A stretch of 43,035 nucleotides of DNA from contig WLNQ01000001.1 in the NCBI GenBank assembly GCA_009699705.1, forward strand, positions 1 to 43,035, written 5' to 3'. The notes below the pieces were generated by a model. The model was not told the origin of the DNA, ran no database searches, and saw only the letters and a program-made list of their open reading frames with translations. Every line of letters begins with the position of its first letter. Position 1 is the stretch's first letter. This DNA is from Actinomycetota bacterium (GTDB lineage Bacteria; Actinomycetota; Actinomycetes; S36-B12). Of this stretch, positions 17,647-26,021 are shown in pieces. A program made the position numbers and the translations under genes.

Positions 17647-18345
17647 ATGAGCTCTCTCGTCGTGCTGCTCGCGCATGGCAGCCCAGATCCTCGATCAAGT
17701 CAAGCAGCATGCGATGTCGCTCAACGTCTGGAAACCAGGCTCGCAGGGCCAATTGTGCGAGTCGCCTATCTTGATCACGATTGGCCGACGCTGACTGCAG
17801 CAATTGGCCGCGCCCTGGATTCAGGTGAAATTTCCACAGTCCAAGTCTTGCCCCTGTTGCTGAGCCAGGCCTCTCATGCTTTACGTGACGTGCCGGCAGC
17901 CGTTGCCCGCGCCGAGCGTGACCATCGCTTCAAGATCAGTGTCGGTCAAACCATCGGCATGCAACTCACGCTCGCACTCGCACTCGATTCCCAATTTGAG
18001 GCCGGCGCCCCGATTGTTCTGGCTTGGGCGGGAGGACGTACTGCCTTAGCTCAGGCGGCTACTCAAATCTTGGTTCAAGAATGGCATGACGCGACAGGCA
18101 GAGAAATTGTCGCTGCGGCATCCAGCGAGTCTGGAGACCATCTGGCTCAGGCGGCTGCTGAGCTCCTGAAAAGAACACAACGCCGCCCGGGTTTTGCTAC
18201 TTTCACCCTTTTTCCGGGGATTTTGGCTGACCAAGTAGCTAAGGCAGCAAGCGCAGCGGGCCTTGCGGCAACGGGTCCCCTCTATGAATCCCCCGCGTTA
18301 ATCGAAATTTTGAACACTCGCCTTTCGCAAATCCCTCCCCTCTAG
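17647..18345 (+). CDS. cbiX: Sirohydrochlorin chelatase, CbiX/SirB family
   Basis: ORF track, 232 aa. VVLLAHGSPDPRSS is the typical CbiX N-terminal His motif. It starts 2 nt after the cysG stop. Confidence 0.75.
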   Translation: MSSLVVLLAHGSPDPRSSQAACDVAQRLETRLAGPIVRVAYLDHDWPTLTAAIGRALDSGEISTVQVLPLLLSQASHALRDVPAAVARAERDHRFKISVGQTIGMQLTLALALDSQFEAGAPIVLAWAGGRTALAQAATQILVQEWHDATGREIVAAASSESGDHLAQAAAELLKRTQRRPGFATFTLFPGILADQVAKAASAAGLAATGPLYESPALIEILNTRLSQIPPL

Positions 18346-18392
18346 CCGATTTCTCCAGCACAATTAGAGCCGAACACCAGTGGAGGTAATTC

Positions 18393-19442
18393 GTGGATCT
18401 TGTAGAACTTCGCCGTCATGACTACGCATTGGACGAGATCAGTCAAGAGGTGCTCGTTGCCTTTGGCGATTTCTTCAGAGATCAATGTCCAAGTTCGCTG
18501 GTTCGGGAATCCCAACCTGTTGGTTTTAGCCAAGAACTCTGGGATCGCTTGGTCGAGATGGGCACGACAACTATGGGCCTTCCGGAGTCGGTCGGGGGCG
18601 ACGGTGCCGGAATGGTGGAACTTGCACTCGTTGCTGAGGAGTTTGGCCGCGCCGTTGCGCCAGTCCCATATATAGAACACGTGGTCACTTCCCGTGCGTT
18701 GGCACGAGCAAATAATCCAGCACTTGCGGACGTCATCGCTGCTGCCGCGAATGGCTCGCGCATCCTTGCCTTAGCCAGCGCACCCGTGATGCCGGGAACG
18801 AAGCAACTTATTCCAGCAGGTGCTATCGCCAGAGATGTGCTTGCGATGGTGGGCGATGCACTCGTGCTTTATAGCGCTGACACCCCACCCGCTCATGTAC
18901 CTAACCAAGGCAGCACTCCCCTTGCGTGGTGGGATCTGTTCTCGTTGCCAAATCGCACTGTTGTTGCAACAGGCGAAGAGGCTCTCGCAATTTATACGCG
19001 AGCACACGATGAGCGCATGGTGCTTACCGCTAGCGCGCTAGTCGGCCTGACTGAATATGCGCTCGGCCTCACCGTTGAGTTCACGAAAACTCGCGAGACC
19101 ATGGGTGTGCTGATTTCCACTCTTCAAGGCGTCGCTTTCCCACTGACAGATATCGCCACCAATATCGCTGGAGCGAGAAATATTGCCCGCAAAGCGGCTT
19201 GGTTCTTGGACTTTGATCCGGAAACTAGACCAGAACTTCCCGCAATCGCTTTGGTTTACGCGGCACAGACAGCAACTCAAGGCACTCAGCAAGCTGCTCA
19301 CTTACAAGGCGGCTTGGGTTTCACTGTTGAGAATGACATCAGTTTGTATTTTCTTCGAAGTAAAGGTTGGGGTTCCCTCGCCGGAGATCCCACAGCTCAT
19401 CTAGCAGCTATCGGCAAGCACGTTTTGTCGTCGGTCAATTAG
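18393..19442 (+). CDS. Acyl-CoA dehydrogenase-fold protein lacking the FAD/substrate S/T-E-P-x2-G-S-D motif (probable non-catalytic partner subunit)
   Basis: ORF track, 349 aa (GTG start, ggagg 8 nt upstream). It has ACAD-like N- and C-terminal helices (...HLQGGLGFTVENDISLYFLRSKGW...). At the position of the SEPxxGSD motif it reads ILALASAPVMPGTKQ. Confidence 0.7.
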   Translation: MDLVELRRHDYALDEISQEVLVAFGDFFRDQCPSSLVRESQPVGFSQELWDRLVEMGTTTMGLPESVGGDGAGMVELALVAEEFGRAVAPVPYIEHVVTSRALARANNPALADVIAAAANGSRILALASAPVMPGTKQLIPAGAIARDVLAMVGDALVLYSADTPPAHVPNQGSTPLAWWDLFSLPNRTVVATGEEALAIYTRAHDERMVLTASALVGLTEYALGLTVEFTKTRETMGVLISTLQGVAFPLTDIATNIAGARNIARKAAWFLDFDPETRPELPAIALVYAAQTATQGTQQAAHLQGGLGFTVENDISLYFLRSKGWGSLAGDPTAHLAAIGKHVLSSVN

Positions 19443-19467
19443 CTCAAACCTCGATAGGGAGAACGCC

Positions 19468-20682
19468 ATGGATTTCGGATTCGTAGAACTCAGTGCACAA
19501 GATCGTGCGCTTCAGCAAGAGATTCGTGAATTTCTTGCTGAACTATTCACTCCCGATGTGTTCGCTCTTGAACATGAAACAGGTAGTGGCTTTAACGCCA
19601 AGGTCTACGAAGCGTTAGGAGCCAGGGGTTGGCTTTACCCCTCCCTACCCGTGGAGCAAGGTGGCGCCGGATTTACCGCGCTACAAAACCGCATCATGGA
19701 ATTGGAACTGGATCGTCAAGATGCTCGGGTAATGATGATGAAGGGAACTTCTTCGTTACCAATGGCAGCGATTCGTAAATACATGCCAGCTGAAATTGCT
19801 GACCCCATCCTCAAAGAGTGTGCAGCCGGTCGAGCCGTGGTGTGTTTGGGGTATTCCGAACCTGATGGTGGTTCCGATATTGCAAATGCCAAAGTTCGCG
19901 CTGTACAAGATGGCGAAATGTGGGCCATTAATGGTTCCAAAATGTGGACCACTGGCGCCCACATTTCCACGTACACCTTCTTAATTACGCGAACAGACCC
20001 AGAAGCTCCAAAACACAAGGGAATCACCATGTTCTTGGTGCCTTTGCACTCAGAAGGCGTCACGATTCAGGCGATCCGAACCTTCAGCGGTGAACGCACC
20101 AACATTGTTTTCTATGAAGATGTACAAGTCCACGACAGCATGCGTATCGGTGGAGTGAATAACGGTTGGACCGTTCTGCACGGTCCGCTTGATGAAGAAC
20201 ACAGCATCGGGATAGACAGCAACGGCGGACTCACCGATGTCTCTGTCGGTGTCAGCTTCAGTCGAGTTCTTGGCGCTTCAATCAACGAGGTCGCACAGTG
20301 GGCATTGAAGACCGCCAGCGCTGACGGCAAGAGCATGGCCGAAGACACTCGCGTGCTTGAGCGTTTGGGTTCTGCCATGGTTGATTACGAGGCTGGTATG
20401 TGCACACCCGGACCAATGGGTCGAGTCAAGTCATCTGATGGTCTGGTGAAGCAAGCCGCTCAGTTACAGGATCTTGTTGGTCCAGTGGGGCTTTTGCCGA
20501 TGAATGCCGAAGGTGGAATTGGTGTCGGTGATATCGAATACGCGCATCGCTTTGCACAGGGCACTGCAACCTACGGCGGCACTGTCGAAGTCTTCCGAAC
20601 CATTATTGCTCAGCATGTGTTGGGACTACCTAAAGCGCAATTGCCCGGTGCGAAAGTTTTCATGGCGGGCAAAAAGAAGTAA
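19468..20682 (+). CDS. Acyl-CoA dehydrogenase (FAD-binding subunit)
   Basis: ORF track, 404 aa. GYSEPDGGSDIANAKVRA motif and C-terminal ATYGGTVEVFRTIIAQHVLGLP. It starts 25 nt downstream of the preceding ACAD-fold gene, with agggag upstream. Confidence 0.85.
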   Translation: MDFGFVELSAQDRALQQEIREFLAELFTPDVFALEHETGSGFNAKVYEALGARGWLYPSLPVEQGGAGFTALQNRIMELELDRQDARVMMMKGTSSLPMAAIRKYMPAEIADPILKECAAGRAVVCLGYSEPDGGSDIANAKVRAVQDGEMWAINGSKMWTTGAHISTYTFLITRTDPEAPKHKGITMFLVPLHSEGVTIQAIRTFSGERTNIVFYEDVQVHDSMRIGGVNNGWTVLHGPLDEEHSIGIDSNGGLTDVSVGVSFSRVLGASINEVAQWALKTASADGKSMAEDTRVLERLGSAMVDYEAGMCTPGPMGRVKSSDGLVKQAAQLQDLVGPVGLLPMNAEGGIGVGDIEYAHRFAQGTATYGGTVEVFRTIIAQHVLGLPKAQLPGAKVFMAGKKK

Positions 20683-21001
20683 CTCGCCGAGGGCTTTCAA
20701 GCACACAGGCGCAAGTTCAAATGCTGGCATTGGCATCTGAACTTCATCAGCCTGTAAGCCAAAGAGCGGATGGCTCGATGCTGCAGTAGCGGCATCGAGA
20801 ATTTCTCGTGGCCGCTGATTACGGAACTCAACTCTTTCTTCATGTGTGCGCCAGAGGCATGGGTCCGTAGCGGTCCAAGAAGCACCAATCGCCAATCAGT
20901 CTGCATTCGCGTGCGACTGGGTTCGCCGCACGCGAAGACCTTCAACGGCTCTGAGCACGACCACAACTGGGCACATGATTTAGATTTGCACCTGCAATTA
21001 C

Positions 21002-21970
21002 TTACATCCGATGCGGTTGAATCGCATCCGCTGGAATCACTCCAAGACGACCTGCTTGAAAATCGTCAAAAGCTTCAACAATTTCTTCTTTTGTGTTCAT
21101 AACAAAAGGGCCGTAGGCAACAACAGGTTCGCGCAGTGGCGCGCCACCGATGATGAATAACTCAAAGTTTGGTGACCGCGACTCTTGTTGTTCTGAAGCC
21201 GTAATGCGCAAGGTGTCGCCATACACCAGCACCGCGGTTTGTCCAGATTTCAGTGGGCGTTGTTCCACGCCCACAGTTCCTTGCCCCGCCAATGCATACA
21301 CGATCGAGTTGAACTCTGGGTTCCAAGGAATATCAATCTGCGCTCCAGGTGCCAGAGTCAGATGCACAATCGAAAGAGGTGTGTGTGAGATACCCGGACC
21401 TTTATGGTCTGCTATTTCACCTGCAAGTACGCGAAGGATTGCACCGCCATCAGCGCTTGTCACAAGAGCGGAATCCACACCTTGTAGATCTTGGTACTGC
21501 GGATCAATGCGCTTCTTTGCGCGCGGCAAGTTGATCCACAGTTGTAGACCATGAAAGAGCCCGCCTGATTCAACGAGGGAAGCCGGAGGAGTTTCAATAT
21601 GCAAGATGCCGTTGCCGGCCGTCATGTACTGAGTTCCACCATCGAGGATGGTACCGCCACCGCCATGTGAATCTTGATGGATGAACTGCCCATCGATCAA
21701 GTACGTGAAGGTTTCAAAACCTCGATGCGGATGCCATGGTGTGCCCTTTGGTTCACCGGGTGCGTATTCGACTTCGCCCATTTGATCCATGTGAATGAAC
21801 GGATCGAGGTCTGCTTGGCTAATACCGAAGAATGCGCGCTTAACTGGGAAGCCTTCGCCTTCGAAGGCCTGCGGGGCCGTCACAACAACCTTGACCTGGC
21901 GTTGTTCGGCGATCGGCGAAGCAGGGTTGAGTCGAGGCAAGGTGAGCGAGTCAGCAGTCACAGCAGCCAT
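21002..21970 (-). CDS. Pirin family protein
   Basis: ORF track, 322 aa. PWHPHRGFETFTYLIDG is the bicupin metal-site motif of pirins. Confidence 0.9.
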   Translation of the reverse strand: MAAVTADSLTLPRLNPASPIAEQRQVKVVVTAPQAFEGEGFPVKRAFFGISQADLDPFIHMDQMGEVEYAPGEPKGTPWHPHRGFETFTYLIDGQFIHQDSHGGGGTILDGGTQYMTAGNGILHIETPPASLVESGGLFHGLQLWINLPRAKKRIDPQYQDLQGVDSALVTSADGGAILRVLAGEIADHKGPGISHTPLSIVHLTLAPGAQIDIPWNPEFNSIVYALAGQGTVGVEQRPLKSGQTAVLVYGDTLRITASEQQESRSPNFELFIIGGAPLREPVVAYGPFVMNTKEEIVEAFDDFQAGRLGVIPADAIQPHRM

Positions 21971-22049
21971 GGAGTTCCTTTCGTTACATTTAGTTTACTA
22001 TTCAACTATCTTAAGAGCAAATTCATTCCCACCTCCAGGTTTGTGAGGA

Positions 22050-22697
22050 ATGCCCCATACTTGGGCTGTGTCTCCTCCCGCTGATGATCCCGTTGAACTT
22101 GCCGTGAATCGCGCCCTGAAGCCCATGCGCGACGATGCCGTTCGAGATGTTGAGGCGATCTTGGATGCAACCCTGAAGGCAGCGGAGTTGTCGGCTCCGG
22201 TCGCTCCTCGAGTCGCTGACATTGTCGCCCTGGCTGGCACATCAAACCAAGCCTTTTATCGTTATTTCACTGGCAAAGATGACCTCATGCAGGCAGTGAT
22301 GGCGCGAGGTCTGCGACGAGTGCATGCCTACTTAGACCATCGCATGTCCAAGGTTGATGATCCTGCCATGAAAATTGAACTATGGGTTCGCGGCATATTG
22401 ACCCAAGCCACTCACCAAACTGCCGCGCGACAAGGTGCTGCCGTAGCGGAAATCTTTGCAGGCGCTGGCGGCGGAGTCGATGAGCGAACGAGCGAAGCCA
22501 CCTTGGCTCTAAAGGATCTCTTGATTGCACCACTTGAGGCTCTTGGCAGCAACTTCCCTGAATTGGATGCGGCAGTGATTCGCGAAGCGGCAATGGGCAC
22601 GATGCGCGATCACATGACTGCCCACACCAGTCCGACTCCCCAAGAAAGTGATCATCTCGTTGCCTTTTGCATTCGTGGCATCGGTGTGGAGGCCTAA
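22050..22697 (+). CDS. TetR family transcriptional regulator
   Basis: ORF track, 215 aa. HTH segment RVADIVALAGTSNQAFYRYFTGKDDLMQAV. Divergent from the pirin gene. The start could be the internal ATG 22125. Confidence 0.8.
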   Translation: MPHTWAVSPPADDPVELAVNRALKPMRDDAVRDVEAILDATLKAAELSAPVAPRVADIVALAGTSNQAFYRYFTGKDDLMQAVMARGLRRVHAYLDHRMSKVDDPAMKIELWVRGILTQATHQTAARQGAAVAEIFAGAGGGVDERTSEATLALKDLLIAPLEALGSNFPELDAAVIREAAMGTMRDHMTAHTSPTPQESDHLVAFCIRGIGVEA

Positions 22698-22699
22698 CC

Positions 22700-23500
22700 G
22701 TGTTTGAGCTCGATCAATCAATTGAGGTAAACGGCACAACGGTGCGATATGCAGTGAACGGACAAGGCTCTCGACATCTGATGCTGGTGCATGGCGCCCG
22801 GGCTCATCAACTTTGGTTTTATCGAATGTTTGAAGATCTACACCGTGACTGGCGAGTGATCACTGTGGATTTGAGCGGGCACGGAATGAGCGGTCATCGT
22901 GCTTTCTATTCTGTTGAACAATGGTCCGCCGAACTTGCTGCAGTATTGCGTGCAGTAACGAGTGAGCCCGCCGTCGTGGCTGGGCACAGCATGGGTTCTC
23001 GCATCGCAGTTGCCCTCGCCGCTAATGAACCAGAACTTGTGAGCGAACTTATTATGTTTGACGGCAACATTCGTTCCCCCGAGAAATTCACTCAACCTGG
23101 TGAGCGACCAGCGCCAACGGAACCAAAATATTACGAATCTAAAGATGCTGCAGTGCAACGTTTTCGTCTCGTGCCCATGCAAGTGGGTCCTGATGCTGAG
23201 CATTTGATTCCGCTGGCCGAATACTCCGCTATCCAAAAGCCTCAAGGATGGTCCTGGCGTCACGATTGGAAAAGCCCTGCCGAGCCTTACGACCGATACA
23301 TCAACGCACTAGTCCCCAAACTTACTCAGCCCGTGCGTTTTGTTTACGGAACAGCAAGCCAGGTCAGTGGCGTTGAAGTAGCGGCCTACTTTGTCGAACT
23401 CGCAACCACACAAGTTGAAGTCATTGCCATTGAAGGCGGCGGCCACCACCTAATGCTTGATAAGCCTGCGGAATGCATCGCTGTCATTCAGGGCAGATAA
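22700..23500 (+). CDS. Alpha/beta hydrolase
   Basis: Part of ORF 22667..23500. I prefer GTG 22700, just after the TetR stop. HLMLVHGARAH (oxyanion region), nucleophile elbow GHSMGS, and a C-terminal GGGHHLMLDKP His motif. Confidence 0.8.
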   Translation: MFELDQSIEVNGTTVRYAVNGQGSRHLMLVHGARAHQLWFYRMFEDLHRDWRVITVDLSGHGMSGHRAFYSVEQWSAELAAVLRAVTSEPAVVAGHSMGSRIAVALAANEPELVSELIMFDGNIRSPEKFTQPGERPAPTEPKYYESKDAAVQRFRLVPMQVGPDAEHLIPLAEYSAIQKPQGWSWRHDWKSPAEPYDRYINALVPKLTQPVRFVYGTASQVSGVEVAAYFVELATTQVEVIAIEGGGHHLMLDKPAECIAVIQGR

Positions 23501-24455
23501 GTACTTTGCCGGTAGATTTGCGCGAGGCAACACATTCCAAAGCATCAATTGCCTGTTCCAATCTAAACACGTCAGACACATGAGGAACTAAGCCTTGCTT
23601 CGTCATTTCGTTGAGAATTTCATCGCCCTTCGCCACTTCCTCTGGGAGATGCTCAGCCACAGTTCGAATCTCAAAGCCTTTGATGATTCCGCCCTTAAGT
23701 AGCGGAAGATTCAGCGGTATTCGTGGAATGTCTCCATCGGCGAAGCCAACAACCACGAATCGACCACCCCAAGCAATCGCCCGAAACGCCTCTTCCGAGT
23801 AAGAACCGCCCACCGGATCAATCACTACATCGGCTCCCGATCCAGTGATTTCCTTGATTCGTTCTTTCAAGTTTTCCGTTGTGTAATTGATCCCTGCAAC
23901 GGCACCCAGGTTCTTGCACACGGCAAGACGTTCATCACTCGACGCTACGGCAATAACCTTTGCCCCTAAACGTGTTGCGAGATCAACTGCAGCTGTGCCA
24001 ACTCCCCCGGCAGCACCAAGTACCACGACCCAATCATTTTCTTTAAGTTCACCGATCGTGACAAGCGCGTGGTAGGAAGTGCGATACGTGACGCTAAAGG
24101 CGGCTGCCTGCGCAATGGTGAGGCCAGCGGGGATCGGCTTCAAAGTCGTGGCTTGAACACAAATTTGTTCAGCAAAACAACCTACGAACGAGCCACCCAT
24201 CACCAGATCACCTGGCTTAACATTCGAGACGTTGCTACCGACACTGAGAACTTCGCCTGCGAATTCACTACCCGGAGTAAACGGAACAGGAATCGACACC
24301 TGATAGCGGTTCTCAATAATTAAGAGATCAGGAAAATTGATCGCGGCTGCATGAATGGCCACGACGGCTTCATCTGCTCCGGCTTCCGGGTTGGGAAGAT
24401 CCTTCATAACCAAGGATGACGGCGGGCCATATTGCTCGCAGACAAGAGCGCGCAT
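23484..24455 (-). CDS. NADPH:quinone oxidoreductase / zeta-crystallin-like medium-chain reductase
   Basis: ORF track, 323 aa. GSEFAGEV and VVVLGAAGGVGTAAVDLA cofactor motif. The 3' end overlaps the convergent hydrolase gene by 17 nt. Confidence 0.85.
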   Translation of the reverse strand: MRALVCEQYGPPSSLVMKDLPNPEAGADEAVVAIHAAAINFPDLLIIENRYQVSIPVPFTPGSEFAGEVLSVGSNVSNVKPGDLVMGGSFVGCFAEQICVQATTLKPIPAGLTIAQAAAFSVTYRTSYHALVTIGELKENDWVVVLGAAGGVGTAAVDLATRLGAKVIAVASSDERLAVCKNLGAVAGINYTTENLKERIKEITGSGADVVIDPVGGSYSEEAFRAIAWGGRFVVVGFADGDIPRIPLNLPLLKGGIIKGFEIRTVAEHLPEEVAKGDEILNEMTKQGLVPHVSDVFRLEQAIDALECVASRKSTGKVLICPE

Positions 24456-24568
24456 GCGTATATTTCCTTACGTATGTGATCAGAGTTGCCTAATTACCTC
24501 ACACCATTGGGTGAGGCCGCAGCCATTTCAACGGCTTTGCTGAGCGCTGAAGGGTCCACTGACGAAAC

Positions 24569-24610
24569 AAGGCGGCTATCCAGTTATATGTATCGCTGGA
24601 TAGCCGCCTT
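24569..24610 (-). terminator. Perfect 15-bp stem-loop downstream of the ACAD gene (possible terminator or RNA-stability element)
   Basis: aaggcggctatccag (24569-24583) pairs with ctggatagccgcctt (24596-24610), with a 12-nt loop. On the minus strand it sits 17 nt after the stop at 24627, followed only by a weak GTTTCGTC tract. Confidence 0.45.
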
Positions 24611-24626
24611 GATCAGGCTGTCTTTA

Positions 24627-25931
24627 CTAGTTTTCTGGAACTATCTGGGTGAAGGACTCACCAAGTAGTTCGAGTTCAGCCGCAGCTGTGAGGTTAGGAA
24701 TCAAGGCTGATGGCCAAACACTGTCTGTCGCCTTGTACTTGCGCAGCATCTGCCTAGCCACCGTGATCTGGTGCACTTCAGTTGGGCCATCTGCAAGACC
24801 AAGCACGATTCCACTGTTCAGGAAGCCCATGAATGGCAATTCTTGAGAAGTACCGATAGCGCCATGTAACTGGATCGCACGTAGCGCGATTGCCTGCATC
24901 ACTCGAGCAGTTTGCACCTTGATAGCAGCGATATCGAGTCGAACCAGCTTGTAGTCATTCAATTTGTCAATCTTCCAAGCACAGTGCAGAACTAGGAGTC
25001 GAAATGATGCCAATTCGATATATGAATCAGCAAGCATCATTTGCACTGACTGCTTTTCAGATAGAAGCTGCCCCTTCGTGTAGCGCGACAATGCACGTTC
25101 TGCCATGAGATCGATCGCGCGCTGCGCATTACCAACGGTACGCATGGCATGGTGCACCCGGCCACCGCCTAATCGTGTTTGTGCGACCGCAAATGCCTGT
25201 CCAACTCCGCCAAGAATTGCTGACTCGTGGATGCGTACGTTGTTGTATTTGATCAAAGCTTCAGACGTATCTTCTGGGCCTTCGCCGGCCATGCCAAAGT
25301 TGTACTGAATCTCGATACCAGGGGTCTCTGCTGGCAACATGAACATCGTCATCTTTTCAGTGATGACTGCATCTGCATCGGTTACGACCATCACGATGAA
25401 GAACTTGGCCCAGCGCGCATTGGATGACCACACCTTGCGACCATTAATGATCCAGTGGTCGCCATCCTTGACTGCGCTTGTCGTGAAGATACCTGGATCT
25501 GCGCCGCCCTGCGGCTCAGTCATTGAGAAACACGAGACGATGTCGCCGTCAAGTAGCGGCTTGAGGTATCGCTCTTTTTGCTCCGCAGTTCCGAAATGGG
25601 CAATGATTTCTGCGTTACCTGTGTCGGGCGCTTGAGTTCCGAAAATACGTGGTGCCCAACGTGACGTTCCGAGAATTTCATTGAGTAGAGCCAACTTCAG
25701 CTGGCCATATCCCTGACCGCCAAGATCAGGGCCAAGATGGCAGGCCCATAGCTTCATGTCACGAACTTCTTGCTTAAGCGGGTTGATGATTGCGGCTTGC
25801 TGCGCAGTCATGTCCTTGTATGTGTCATGCGGCCATAACAGATCAACCTTCGCCACCTTGTTTGTGACGAAATCCTTTGTCCAATCGAGAAGTTTCTGAA
25901 ATTCCGGTTCTACTTCAAAATCGATTGCCAT
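24627..25931 (-). CDS. Acyl-CoA dehydrogenase, FadE2 / ACAD10-ACAD11-like clade
   Basis: ORF track, 434 aa. FSMTEPQGGADPG, RLGGGRVHHAMRTVG and C-terminal LGLADGPTEVHQITVARQ (in place of the canonical Y-E-G-T region) are hallmarks I recall for the FadE2/ACAD10/11 group. AAGGAG RBS upstream. Confidence 0.85.
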   Translation of the reverse strand: MAIDFEVEPEFQKLLDWTKDFVTNKVAKVDLLWPHDTYKDMTAQQAAIINPLKQEVRDMKLWACHLGPDLGGQGYGQLKLALLNEILGTSRWAPRIFGTQAPDTGNAEIIAHFGTAEQKERYLKPLLDGDIVSCFSMTEPQGGADPGIFTTSAVKDGDHWIINGRKVWSSNARWAKFFIVMVVTDADAVITEKMTMFMLPAETPGIEIQYNFGMAGEGPEDTSEALIKYNNVRIHESAILGGVGQAFAVAQTRLGGGRVHHAMRTVGNAQRAIDLMAERALSRYTKGQLLSEKQSVQMMLADSYIELASFRLLVLHCAWKIDKLNDYKLVRLDIAAIKVQTARVMQAIALRAIQLHGAIGTSQELPFMGFLNSGIVLGLADGPTEVHQITVARQMLRKYKATDSVWPSALIPNLTAAAELELLGESFTQIVPEN

Positions 25932-25949
25932 GAGTCTCTCCTTTAGTTC

Positions 25950-26003
25950 GTGAAAGTGTGAGTTCTGATGTTGTGAAAGTGCGTACTTTCCTGCAATTTG
26001 CGC
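25950..26003. promoter_or_regulatory. Repeat cluster in the SDR-ACAD intergenic gap: 9-bp direct repeat, 6-4-6 inverted repeat and a GCAATTTGCGC element
   Basis: gtgaaagtg occurs at 25950-25958 and 25973-25981 (23-bp spacing). gaaagt-gcgt-actttc is at 25975-25990. gcaatttgcgc at 25993-26003 is the near reverse complement of gcgcaaatttgc at 27888-27899. Confidence 0.35.
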
Positions 26004-26021
26004 CTAGCCAAAACTGCTTCC

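Noticed and set aside
21991-22008. Inverted repeat tagtt-N8-aacta between pirin and TetR as the TetR operator
   Set aside because: The arms are only 5 bp and the background is AT-rich, so the match is too weak to call without comparative data.
23484-23500. Convergent 3' overlaps (17 nt here; 11 nt at 29271-29281) as a regulatory feature
   Set aside because: Short convergent overlaps are common in compact genomes, and no associated structure or motif was seen.
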